This document shows, piece by piece, positions 38,528-47,546 of a DNA stretch of 64,000 nt. The notes below the pieces were generated by a model that was not told the origin of the DNA, did no database searches, and was given only the letters and a program-made list of their open reading frames with translations. The stretch comes from Oligoflexia bacterium (GTDB lineage Bacteria > Bdellovibrionota > UBA1018): contig CAIRTR010000299.1 in NCBI GenBank assembly GCA_903881565.1, forward strand, positions 2,645-66,644, in the 5' to 3' direction. The position numbers and the translations under genes are program-made. Each line of letters starts with the position of its first letter. The stretch's first letter is position 1.

Positions 38528-38634
38528 AGCGCGCCGCCCACGAGGGCGATGCTCGATTGCGCGAAAACTATTCCATCAATGTGCCGCGCAAGGGGCTCGA
38601 GAGCCAAATCATTCTTCACCGAGAACTGCCGCAT

Positions 38635-40254
38635 TTATGGCTTTTTTCGGATGGCACTAATGCCCCATAGCCCCGCAATCCCCAAGATCAAAGCCAGAGG
38701 CCCAAACCAATCGCCCCATTTGAGAATCAGGGTCGAAATCTTCGGCATGATCGGGATTTTCACGTTCAAAATCGTAGGAATAAATTTTTCAGTCTTCTCA
38801 ATGATCTCACCATCGGGCATCACCAGGGCCGAAATCCCGGTGTTCGTGCCCCTAAGTTGGGGGAGCCTCGTTTCTATGCTTCGAAAAGTCGTGAGCGCCA
38901 GGTGAAGCTCAGGCTCGCCACGCGCGCCAAACCAAGAGTCGTTTGTGATGTTGAGAATGAGTTGGCTTCCGTTTCTTGCGGCCGCCACGACATAGTTCGT
39001 GAACAGCGCTTCGTAGCAAATGATCGGTCCCACGTTAAGAACGGTCGACGTATTTAGTGTCACCGGCACGACCTCTGGCCCCACCCCTCGTCCGAAGTTT
39101 CCCACTTGCGGGAACGCCTCTTTGAGAAACGAGAAGGTCTCGGCACCCGGAATATATTCTCCAAAAAGCAGCAGGACGTTTTTGCGATAAATGCGAAGAT
39201 CCAGTTCGTCCGGAAATCCCGAGCGCGGTTGGGGAAAAAGGAAAAAGAAGGCATTATGATCCTTGTTATTGAAGCGATCATAGCCGCCAAAAAGCAGCGG
39301 TGTTTTTCGCTCTTTTACGAAGCTCTCCACGCGCTGATCGCGCGCCAATTCGTCGGCCGTTTGGGGGTGTTTGAAGTTTGAAGGGTACGCCGTTTCGGGC
39401 CAGATAAGCACTTGCGGTTTAGGCGTCAAAGCCAGTGCTTGATCGGAGAGTCCAATGTAGGTGTCCAATACTTTTTGGCCGGCACCTCGCACGCCTCGCT
39501 CGGAGGCGATCTTGTCAAAATCCCCGATATTGCCCTGAATGACGGCCGCCTGCACGAAGCGCTCAGGGTTGGCCTGAATGCCTTGGATCTCTTGCAGGCG
39601 ATGAACGCCGTAGGTTCCTAGAACGATGCCCAAAAGGATCGGCCCCAAAAGAGGAACGACGCGGGCGAGGCCCTTCGTCTGTTTCCAGGTTTTGAGGGTC
39701 CGGTAAAGTCCGTCGTTTATCCAAAAAATTAGAAACGTCAACAGCGGCGCGCCCCCGAGATCTGCACATTGTCTGAGCCATTTTTGCGCGTATTGGGAGT
39801 GCCCAAGCGTATCGACAAACAGTTTCGGAATCACCCAATCAACGCCCGTGTAAAGAAGGGAAATCAACACGGATAACAACGCTACCGGAATAACTCTGCC
39901 CGTGTGACCCGTGCGTTCCAGAAAAAATCTTCGCAGCACCGCGAAAGCCAAAAACTGTGGCTGCCCAATGAGTGAAAATCCTGCGAGTCCAACAATGGCC
40001 AGAATCCAGGGGAGATTGGCAAACTCTTGCAGCACAAAGGCCACCCAGTAAAAGCCGCCCAGACTCATGAAGATGCCCAGCCACATCGCCTGGGCCACGG
40101 TTTGTTTCCAGCTCTTGCAGCGGTCCAAGACAAAGAACCAAGGGATGAGGCTAATCCAAATAAGGGGGGTGAGATCCCAGGGCGGGAACGCAAAGACGAT
40201 CAGAGCTGCCGATAATAATGTTAAAGGGGCGGGGACCCAATCCTTTTGCTTCAC
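38635..40254 (-). CDS. lnt: Apolipoprotein N-acyltransferase
   Basis: N-terminal multi-TM domain plus a C-terminal CN-hydrolase (nitrilase-fold) domain. 539 aa. Confidence 0.8.
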   Translation of the reverse strand: MKQKDWVPAPLTLLSAALIVFAFPPWDLTPLIWISLIPWFFVLDRCKSWKQTVAQAMWLGIFMSLGGFYWVAFVLQEFANLPWILAIVGLAGFSLIGQPQFLAFAVLRRFFLERTGHTGRVIPVALLSVLISLLYTGVDWVIPKLFVDTLGHSQYAQKWLRQCADLGGAPLLTFLIFWINDGLYRTLKTWKQTKGLARVVPLLGPILLGIVLGTYGVHRLQEIQGIQANPERFVQAAVIQGNIGDFDKIASERGVRGAGQKVLDTYIGLSDQALALTPKPQVLIWPETAYPSNFKHPQTADELARDQRVESFVKERKTPLLFGGYDRFNNKDHNAFFFLFPQPRSGFPDELDLRIYRKNVLLLFGEYIPGAETFSFLKEAFPQVGNFGRGVGPEVVPVTLNTSTVLNVGPIICYEALFTNYVVAAARNGSQLILNITNDSWFGARGEPELHLALTTFRSIETRLPQLRGTNTGISALVMPDGEIIEKTEKFIPTILNVKIPIMPKISTLILKWGDWFGPLALILGIAGLWGISAIRKKP

Positions 40255-40263
40255 GAACCTATC

Positions 40264-41451
40264 TTATTGCGGCTGACCTGGCTCGGAAAGCAGATTCAGC
40301 ATCGTGACGGGTTTTTGTGCCATCAGGCTGCCGGGTTTCGGCAGTTCAAGGGGGGTACTCAATGCCATGAGGGCTGAATAAGCGTTCACTCGGCCGCCGG
40401 AGGCCACTTTTTCAGATAAGCCGGGGAGCCTGTCGACTGACTTGAGAATGAGTTGCTTGAGCTGCTGGGGGGTGAGTGAAGGATTGTGAGCTAGGAGCAG
40501 GGCTGCGATTCCGGTGACAAACGCCGTGGCTTGAGACGTTCCCGTCATGAAGCCGTACCGTCCGCCAGGCAGTGTGCTGTAGATGTTCTCGCCAGGAGCC
40601 GCGACATCGACCGCTTTTTTGCCCCAATTGGAGGAGGGCAAAATCTGGTTATGGATGTCAGTTGCGGCCACAGAGATGATGTTGCTCAAGTGATATGCCG
40701 AAGGATAGTAGTAATTCTGGCTTAGGTCCGTGTTCTGGTGCTCGTTGCCGGCAGCGGCCACAAACAGAATTCCTTTGGCTTCAGCTTTTTTGATCGCGAG
40801 GTATTCGTCTTCGCTGAACTCGGGGCCACCGCCGCTATAGTTAATGATGCGAGCGCCGTGGTCCACGGCATACTCAATGGCTTTGATCGTGTTGCGCAGG
40901 TTTACGGGGCCGGTGTTGCCATCTGAATAATATTTCACAGACATGATTGAAACTTTTTTAGCGACTCCGCTGATGCCCACCTTTGTGTTAGTGACCGCGC
41001 CGATGATGCCCGCAACGTGAGTGCCGTGCCCATGGTCATCGCGAGGGTTTGCTTTGTCGACGACAAAGTTCCAGCCATAAACTGAGTTATTGGATTCGTT
41101 GGGATCATGCCAGACGTTCTGATTTAAGTCTTGGTGCGTCGAATCGATGCCGGTATCAATGACGGCAACGACGACGCCGCGGGAGCCCTCTTCGATTTTC
41201 CAGGCTTCAGGAGCATGAATGTGGGAAGGGGCTTCAGAGTTTGCCAAGCCCCAGTTTTTGAAACTGATGGCGGGAAGCTTTTGGGGAAGAACGGGTTTCT
41301 CAGTGTTCGGCAAACCAAACGCCGTGACCGTGGCAAGGCTGGTCAGGATGGCGACTAAGAAACCGACTTGTAGGGATGATCGTTGCATACTTTTCTTCTC
41401 CACAGGCCAACACTCAGCAAGCTCCATGCCTCTGCGGGTCAAAAACGACAC
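40264..41451 (-). CDS. Secreted subtilisin-like serine protease (peptidase S8)
   Basis: Catalytic triad motifs DTGIDSTHQDL (Asp), HGTHVAGIIGA (His), GTSQATAFVTGIAALL (Ser). Signal peptide. Confidence 0.85.
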   Translation of the reverse strand: MSFLTRRGMELAECWPVEKKSMQRSSLQVGFLVAILTSLATVTAFGLPNTEKPVLPQKLPAISFKNWGLANSEAPSHIHAPEAWKIEEGSRGVVVAVIDTGIDSTHQDLNQNVWHDPNESNNSVYGWNFVVDKANPRDDHGHGTHVAGIIGAVTNTKVGISGVAKKVSIMSVKYYSDGNTGPVNLRNTIKAIEYAVDHGARIINYSGGGPEFSEDEYLAIKKAEAKGILFVAAAGNEHQNTDLSQNYYYPSAYHLSNIISVAATDIHNQILPSSNWGKKAVDVAAPGENIYSTLPGGRYGFMTGTSQATAFVTGIAALLLAHNPSLTPQQLKQLILKSVDRLPGLSEKVASGGRVNAYSALMALSTPLELPKPGSLMAQKPVTMLNLLSEPGQPQ

Positions 41452-41586
41452 CTAAAAGAAGAATTGAAAAACACTGAAATTATAGGGGTTTGAAGAGCCC
41501 TGGTCTTCTGGGGCGTCAGCGATTAGGGTGATGCGCTGTCGAAAGATTAGACAGCTGCAAAGCAAATCAAGCGAATTACCAGAGAA

Positions 41587-42564
41587 TTAAGGAAAGCCAG
41601 GGAGCGGCTTTTTAAGGAGGCCCGCTTTCAAGAGCTCCCAAGCCAGCTCGTAGTCTGCCCCGTCCGTGTTAGTGAGTCCTAAGGAATCAATGATCGTTGG
41701 CGTAGCCGCAGGGTGCACCCCCGCAAGAATCACGAAACCCTTTTCGGCCCATAATTGCGAGATCGCCGCAGTGCCATCCGAATACTTTGCAATGATAGAA
41801 CCGCTGCCTGCCGAAGCAGTGACCGGCCCTCCGTACCAGAGGAGTTCTCGAGACGGTCGATTTGGAAATCGAGTCCGAGCCATGGTGTAGTGCAGCCCTT
41901 GGATCCCCATGTAGGTCGGCTGTTGAACGGGAAGGTTGAGGATCCCCAGCCCATACGAGGCTTCGCCTTCCGGCGTTGTTTCGGGCGACGCTGCTATCCA
42001 GGCACCTGCGCAAAATCCGAGATAGCTTACCGCCTTTTTTCGCACAGCTTCTCTTAGATTGAAGCGAGTAGCGGGGGTGAGTGCATCGGTGATCGTTTGC
42101 GAATCTCCTCCCGGGAAAATAATGAGGCCATAGGACGCGAGTTTCTCTTGCGTGAAGCCGTTGATTTCGGCTGCGTCTGTGACATGCGTGCGCACCTCTT
42201 GAAGCGAGAGAATGCTCCAAAGCGCTGAAGCTTCAGCGGTCCATGTGCCCGTGCCCGCGTAGATAAGAACCTCGGGAAAGACAATCGGAGCTTCGGGGGC
42301 ATCCGGTATACGAGGGGCTGAAAATGAAGGAACCGGGACCGGCGAAATCACGGCTAGCGGAGTCCCCCGGCTTCCAGCAATGGGAGGGGCGGGTTCCTCA
42401 TGGGTCGGAGGCGGAACGATCGGTGGAATTTCTGAATACACCGGCGGTGTTGCAGGTGGCGTGCTTTGTTGGGGGGGGGCGGGAACGCAGCCTCCCGCGG
42501 TGACAATCGTCGTAAGCAAAGCCGCGAACAAAACAAAGAATTTTAGAATACTCTCACGCACCAT
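41587..42564 (-). CDS. Pro-rich lipoprotein with a class-I glutamine-amidotransferase-like (GATase1/BPL_N-like) domain
   Basis: Internal start MVRESILKFFVLFAALLTTIVTAGGC (lipobox). ...LIIFPGGD... and ...YLGFCAGAW... (Gly-x-Cys-x-Gly nucleophile elbow). Confidence 0.45.
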   Translation of the reverse strand: MVRESILKFFVLFAALLTTIVTAGGCVPAPPQQSTPPATPPVYSEIPPIVPPPTHEEPAPPIAGSRGTPLAVISPVPVPSFSAPRIPDAPEAPIVFPEVLIYAGTGTWTAEASALWSILSLQEVRTHVTDAAEINGFTQEKLASYGLIIFPGGDSQTITDALTPATRFNLREAVRKKAVSYLGFCAGAWIAASPETTPEGEASYGLGILNLPVQQPTYMGIQGLHYTMARTRFPNRPSRELLWYGGPVTASAGSGSIIAKYSDGTAAISQLWAEKGFVILAGVHPAATPTIIDSLGLTNTDGADYELAWELLKAGLLKKPLPGFP

Positions 42565-42583
42565 AAAGCACCTCAAATCACCC

Positions 42584-43405
42584 CTATAGAATAAAACCTG
42601 TAATCCACGCGCCAACGCTCCACGAGTTCGCTCTGGCCGGAGAAAAGGGAGACCCATCACTTGCAGGACTCAGCGAAACAAAGGGTTCAATACTCAACGC
42701 GCTCATAGGTTTCCATACAAGTCCAGGCTCCAGGGCTAGGTCATTCTTCGAAGTCTGAACCCATCCCCAACTCTTGATATGGTTATAGTTGAGCGAGACG
42801 CGGGTTTGCAGCGAAACGCTGGAGCTAAGGGCGTAAGTGACCGAGGGTCGTACGTTTCCCATGACGTCAAACCAATAAAGATCCGTAGAATAGGGGTAAT
42901 AACGAACCCAGTGTTGAAGCCCAAGCCCCAAAGGGGAGGCGCCCAGGCGCGCGTGTAGAATCTGACAGGAGCCCGGCGAAACGCCCAGACCTACACTTCG
43001 CGAGGCCGACGTTAAGGGGGGCTCTAGATTCAGATTTGCCCAAATGCTCCACTCATCCGAGAGGTTCGCAAACGTCGAAAATCCAACTCGAGGGTTGCCT
43101 AAGCTCCATTGAGAATCGTGGGATTCGCCCGCATAGCTCAACGTGTTTTGCGTCTGGGCCTCAAGTTGAAAACTCTCGCTTAACCGAAAGCCTAGCGTGA
43201 TCAGGTTCCACATCGAGGACAGATCGGGGGTTCGAGCGGCCTGCACTTCACTGTAATAAATCACCCGAATGCTTTTCCCCTCATTTTGATAGGAGGTCTC
43301 CGCGCGGGCCGAGGTCAAAGGGGGCAGCGTTCCTAAGATTAGACCGAAGATTAGCCCGAAGATTAGCCCTAAACTTGGGTTGATGAATGCAAGGGCGCGG
43401 CTCAT
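42584..43405 (-). CDS. Putative outer-membrane protein
   Basis: Signal peptide carrying a GLIFGLIFGLILG repeat. Beta-rich; ends ...AWITGFIL. Confidence 0.45.
   Translation of the reverse strand: MSRALAFINPSLGLIFGLIFGLILGTLPPLTSARAETSYQNEGKSIRVIYYSEVQAARTPDLSSMWNLITLGFRLSESFQLEAQTQNTLSYAGESHDSQWSLGNPRVGFSTFANLSDEWSIWANLNLEPPLTSASRSVGLGVSPGSCQILHARLGASPLGLGLQHWVRYYPYSTDLYWFDVMGNVRPSVTYALSSSVSLQTRVSLNYNHIKSWGWVQTSKNDLALEPGLVWKPMSALSIEPFVSLSPASDGSPFSPARANSWSVGAWITGFIL
43335..43370. repeat. 12-nt tandem repeat x3 (AAGATTAGMCCK) within the signal-peptide coding region
   Basis: Seen directly. Encodes GLIF-GLIF-GLIL. In-frame copy-number variation is possible. Confidence 0.5.
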
Positions 43406-44373
43406 GCCACTTTTTCGCTTTCCTCAACTGTTGGCGCTTGAGGTTTTGAAAAATGAACGTTCTCAAATACCGCGACCTTCACCGGCGCAAGCGGGCGACG
43501 AAGATTCTCGCTGAGCCTTGGAGTCCTGCTTAGAATCGCAAGCCACACGGTTAAGACGTAAGGCAAGCTTAAGAGCGGTAAAATGGGCTGTCGCAGGAGC
43601 TGATTAAGCGCGAGCGTCACAAAAGATGAAAGAACGCAAAAGAGAATGATCGTCTTCCCACTAAAACGCTCATGAAAAGAAGACAAGCCCAGCCCCAGTA
43701 GCCCCGCTGAATAGGTGAGCAGCCCCTTGCTGAGGTCTGACGAATCGGTGATCAAAATCGAAGCGGCCCCAAGTGCCACGACTGTTCCTATTAGAAAGTA
43801 GATCGCTCGTCTAGGACTGAAAACAAAAAGCAGAGCGCAGATAAGTCCCCCAAACAGGGGACTGGGGAGGAAGAGCATGCGTCCCATACTCAGAAAAGGC
43901 GTTGCGATACCCAGCGGCTCAGGACCAAAGGGAGAAGTTCTTGGCGTGAGCCAGCTTTCGCCCGCACAAAGGGAAACCAGCCAGATCGCAAAAATGTAGG
44001 GAATGATGTAGGGACTTAATTTCCAATGTGACAGGATTTCGTAAAAGGCTTTTGTGACAAAGGGAACGCAAAGCGTTCCTCCGATCAAGAAAAAGAAAAA
44101 CGCAGGGGAGAAGTCATAGAGGCTCGCCAGAGCGATGCCGAAAAAGAAACAATTAATCGGAATTAATCCCGAAGCTTTCAACATCATGGGCGTTGAGGTG
44201 CGGGTTTGAGCCGCGTAACCTATGAGGGAGGCTCCCAGTCCGCAGTAAAACAGCGGGAGATCAAAAAGCGCAAAGCTTGCTATAAACAGGGCCCCGAAAA
44301 GTGCGCTTTCGAGGAACAAGCTTTGACTCATGTTGCGAAGATATTTTTTGCCGTGATCAAACAACTGTTTCAT
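43402..44373 (-). CDS. Polytopic inner-membrane protein (hypothetical transporter-like)
   Basis: 323 aa, multiple hydrophobic segments. 4-nt overlaps with both neighbours. Confidence 0.5.
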   Translation of the reverse strand: MKQLFDHGKKYLRNMSQSLFLESALFGALFIASFALFDLPLFYCGLGASLIGYAAQTRTSTPMMLKASGLIPINCFFFGIALASLYDFSPAFFFFLIGGTLCVPFVTKAFYEILSHWKLSPYIIPYIFAIWLVSLCAGESWLTPRTSPFGPEPLGIATPFLSMGRMLFLPSPLFGGLICALLFVFSPRRAIYFLIGTVVALGAASILITDSSDLSKGLLTYSAGLLGLGLSSFHERFSGKTIILFCVLSSFVTLALNQLLRQPILPLLSLPYVLTVWLAILSRTPRLSENLRRPLAPVKVAVFENVHFSKPQAPTVEESEKVA

Positions 44374-45032
44374 AGGTCAATCCATTCTCCATAGCTAAAG
44401 ATTTTGTCGCCCCAGTGCAGAAGTCGTGGGCACTCTGTTCGCAAAGCAAGAAGCGCTCCGAAACCGGTTTCTTGATCCGGCGTAAACCAGTTGCCCCAGG
44501 TGGAGTCGTAGAATTTTGCTTGGTTACCCTCCATCTCGAGGACGCATAGTTCGTGATAAACAACTTCGTTTCCGATCCAGGGAAAAGTCGCATGGGTCTT
44601 TTCCTTTTTTTGGTCCTTTAAGGGTTCTGGTAGCGGGTTTTTTGGGGGCTTTTTCCAAAGCCCTTTCCAATGCGTGGTGCAAGTCGGATTGAAACTCAGC
44701 AAAGCTTGCGCGGGATGGGCTTCGAACCCTTGTGCAGTAAAGGCCTCGCGCGCCAGAGCCGCAAAAACGCCGCAGTCGAGGGTTTTCATTTTGACAAGTT
44801 CGCACCATGCAATCGGCCATGCTGAGGGGCCCCAAGTGAAGAGTTGTGAGAGCCACGTCGGCGCTCTCAGCTCATAGCGCGAGAGCGCGGAGATCTGCAT
44901 GGAGCGGGCGTAACCTAAAAACCACATCCGTGCCTCTTCACAACAACGAGCGTCGTGGTGGACAATGTGAGAGGCGGGATGCTCAACCCAGGCTTGAAAT
45001 GAGGATTCTTTTTTAACCACGTCCAAAGCCAT
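44370..45032 (-). CDS. Hypothetical protein; possible papain-like/transglutaminase-like Cys-His fold
   Basis: ...KTLDCGVFAALAREAF... (Cys within a helix-start motif) and downstream His residues. Weak inference. Confidence 0.4.
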   Translation of the reverse strand: MALDVVKKESSFQAWVEHPASHIVHHDARCCEEARMWFLGYARSMQISALSRYELRAPTWLSQLFTWGPSAWPIAWCELVKMKTLDCGVFAALAREAFTAQGFEAHPAQALLSFNPTCTTHWKGLWKKPPKNPLPEPLKDQKKEKTHATFPWIGNEVVYHELCVLEMEGNQAKFYDSTWGNWFTPDQETGFGALLALRTECPRLLHWGDKIFSYGEWIDL

Positions 45033-47391
45033 AACTCATGCTCCTTTCGTAACCGCCTGCATCCCCGAAAATCACCAAGTCGCCGATTTGCACGTCAGGG
45101 GGGATGCTGATGTTTTGTCCCAGAATGTCGTCTTCCATACAAATGCGTCCCAGGATCCGCGCTTTTCCCGGTTGGGCCAAAGCGAACGTTTTTCTTTGCG
45201 GGACGTGTGCCACTCCCAGTGGCACACGTGCCACCTCGGATGGCACACGTCCCGCTTCTTGGAAAAAGATTCGGTGAGGAAACGCCTGGGCCAAGGGAAG
45301 TTCGGCGATGCAGGCGTCGACCACGATTTCCTTGATGACTTCGGTGTCGGATTCGGCGCGAGCTTCAGACGAATTGGCTTTGGTATTTTTGTTTTTCCGG
45401 ATGTCTAGAATTCGTGTGAAGAGGATTTCGCTCTCCTGGGTCAGGGAACGCCCCGGCTCCAGATACAAAGTCTTGACTTGGGGCAGCTGCGAATGAACCC
45501 GTTCGCCCAGCGCGGCGAGGTTGAGTTTTTCAAGATCCTCCGGAAAATATCCTCCGCCTAGATCGATCGTATGCACCGGCAGGTCGCAGAGCTGTTCAAG
45601 GCCTTTGCACCAGTAGAGGAAACTCTCGAGCGCTTCAATCCAACGTTTGAGTCCGATGGACCAGCTGGGCATGTGAAAATGAAAGGCAAGGCCGGGCTGG
45701 CGCTTGATTCTTTTCAAATCCTGGAGTGCAGACAAGAGACCTTCAAAGTCTTGATAGTTGGAGAGCGTGTTTCCAAATCGGGAGTGAATCTGGGGCAGCT
45801 GAATCCGGAGGCCCAGGGTCTTGGGTTGCTCTTTAGCCTTGAGCACTCGGCTAAATTCTTCTAAAGAGTCGCAAAACAGGAGTTGAACGCCGGTGATGGG
45901 ATTGTCGGTGAGAGGCCAGAATTTTCCGGGTCCGTTGAGAATGATCTGGTGAGGGGCGAAGCCAAAGTTCAACGCCCGCTGAACTTCTTTTTGGGTGATA
46001 CACTCAGCATAAAAGCCGCAATTCTTAGCCGCCTGCAGGTGATGATCGGTTGGACTAGTCTTTACGCTATAGCCAATTTGAATGCGAGGCTTTCCGGTTG
46101 CACAATAGGTTTGTACCTTCTGGTGAAGGGTCTCGAATATCTGTTGAGTCCATAGCGGGAGGGAGATTCGGCTTGGGGTTTCTTCGGAGAAAAACAGGGC
46201 AATGCTTGAGATTTCGGCAGCCAAGTTCGCAGGAGGAAGGGGGAGCAGCGGCACGACTTCGCTTGTGGATTGCTCTTCTAAATTTGGGAGAAGCGCTGAA
46301 AACGACGGTCCCCCTTTGCCGTGCTTTCCATCAGTGGCCCAGGTGAAGGTACTGGGATCTTTCGGGCGCGGCAGGCCCACGGCGTCTTTAGTCGGGATTT
46401 CGTAAACCACCCGTGTGAAGGTGGCCGAAGGTTTAATGGCTTCAAGCAGCGGCAGTTTCCAAAGATGCGAGATGAGTTTGCCGGGGAGGTTTGCCCCCAT
46501 TAGGGCCGAGCCATAGATCCAGGCTGGAAAACGCGGATTGCATTCGATGATCCACTTTCGGCCATCGGGGTCGCGTACGAATTCAAGCTCGCCGCCGCCC
46601 GTCCAGCCGAGTTGCTGCACCATTTGTCCCAGGTTTTGAGACATCGATTCGTCCAAAGGTTTGACCCGGCCCGCCCAGGTTTTTCCTTCCGGCGTGAGCT
46701 GTAGTTTTTCCAGATGGACCGCCCCGAGCAATTGGCCCTGATGGGCGGCGAAACTGATGGTCTCCTCATTGCCAATCACGTTGCGCTGTAGAAAAAGATT
46801 GGAGGTTTTCCAGTTGGATTTGAGATAGGCCCGCGCGCGCTCGAATACGCTCCAAGAGGAGATGCGAAGAGCGTCGTGATAAGGGCTTTTCAGCCAGCAC
46901 TGCCAGCAATGGGTGCGAAGGAACGAATGGATTTCGGCGTCCGGCAGATTGGCTGAAATATAGTCCGGGACTTGAAACTCAGCGAACTCGCCTGCTGCGC
47001 TTGAACTCACAGGCCAGTTTTCCAGAATTTTTACTGCGGGCTTGGCCGTGAATTCGAGTGCTTCTTTGTTGGGAGCCAGCAAATGAGGGTGGGTGCCAAA
47101 ATGTTTCGAAAGCCAGTAGACCTCCATATCAAGGGCGGCAATCCACAAGTGTCCTTCTTCTAAACGAGCTCGAATGAAGGCTGCATGTTCGTCATCCTGA
47201 ATTTGGCTCCACTGCGGGAGCAATAATTCTTCGTTGATGATTGAATCGTGTAACCCCGAACTCCCGTGCGTATGATCGACTCCGACCAGGGTCACGTCCG
47301 GAAACGCTCTTCGTAAACAGCGGGCGATGCCCAAACCTGAACTTGGATTTTGTCCCGAATGCATGCCGGTGATATAGATTTTCTTTTTCAT
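45013..47391 (-). CDS. Fusion protein: N-terminal ATP-grasp ligase + C-terminal fold-type-III PLP-dependent decarboxylase (DapDC/ODC-like)
   Basis: ATP-grasp: ...GWTGGGELEFVRDPDGRKWIIECNPRFPAW.... Decarboxylase motifs in order: YSVKTSP (PLP Lys), LNGPGK, HFHMPS, DLGGGY, EPGRSL, GRICMEDDIL (catalytic Cys), FGDAGGYERSMSYGF. Confidence 0.8.
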   Translation of the reverse strand: MKKKIYITGMHSGQNPSSGLGIARCLRRAFPDVTLVGVDHTHGSSGLHDSIINEELLLPQWSQIQDDEHAAFIRARLEEGHLWIAALDMEVYWLSKHFGTHPHLLAPNKEALEFTAKPAVKILENWPVSSSAAGEFAEFQVPDYISANLPDAEIHSFLRTHCWQCWLKSPYHDALRISSWSVFERARAYLKSNWKTSNLFLQRNVIGNEETISFAAHQGQLLGAVHLEKLQLTPEGKTWAGRVKPLDESMSQNLGQMVQQLGWTGGGELEFVRDPDGRKWIIECNPRFPAWIYGSALMGANLPGKLISHLWKLPLLEAIKPSATFTRVVYEIPTKDAVGLPRPKDPSTFTWATDGKHGKGGPSFSALLPNLEEQSTSEVVPLLPLPPANLAAEISSIALFFSEETPSRISLPLWTQQIFETLHQKVQTYCATGKPRIQIGYSVKTSPTDHHLQAAKNCGFYAECITQKEVQRALNFGFAPHQIILNGPGKFWPLTDNPITGVQLLFCDSLEEFSRVLKAKEQPKTLGLRIQLPQIHSRFGNTLSNYQDFEGLLSALQDLKRIKRQPGLAFHFHMPSWSIGLKRWIEALESFLYWCKGLEQLCDLPVHTIDLGGGYFPEDLEKLNLAALGERVHSQLPQVKTLYLEPGRSLTQESEILFTRILDIRKNKNTKANSSEARAESDTEVIKEIVVDACIAELPLAQAFPHRIFFQEAGRVPSEVARVPLGVAHVPQRKTFALAQPGKARILGRICMEDDILGQNISIPPDVQIGDLVIFGDAGGYERSMSYGFGRG
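45199..45252. repeat. Nested inverted repeats (GGGACGTGTGCC...GGCACACGTCCC; ACGTGTGCCACT/AGTGGCACACGT) inside the decarboxylase coding region
   Basis: Seen directly. Produces the peptide repeat VARVPLGVAHVP. Confidence 0.4.
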
Positions 47392-47546
47392 GCGAGTTCC
47401 TTTTTTTGAGCGCAGTTCTTGGATATGCTGATCCAGTGTTTCTCACGAAAGAGGCTTAAAAGGAGTTGTTTTTTAATAAATCGACCGCCGCAGTTGGTAG
47501 AAGCGCAGCGCGAATTGCGAGGGGTTGCAAAAACCAGGAGAGAGTT

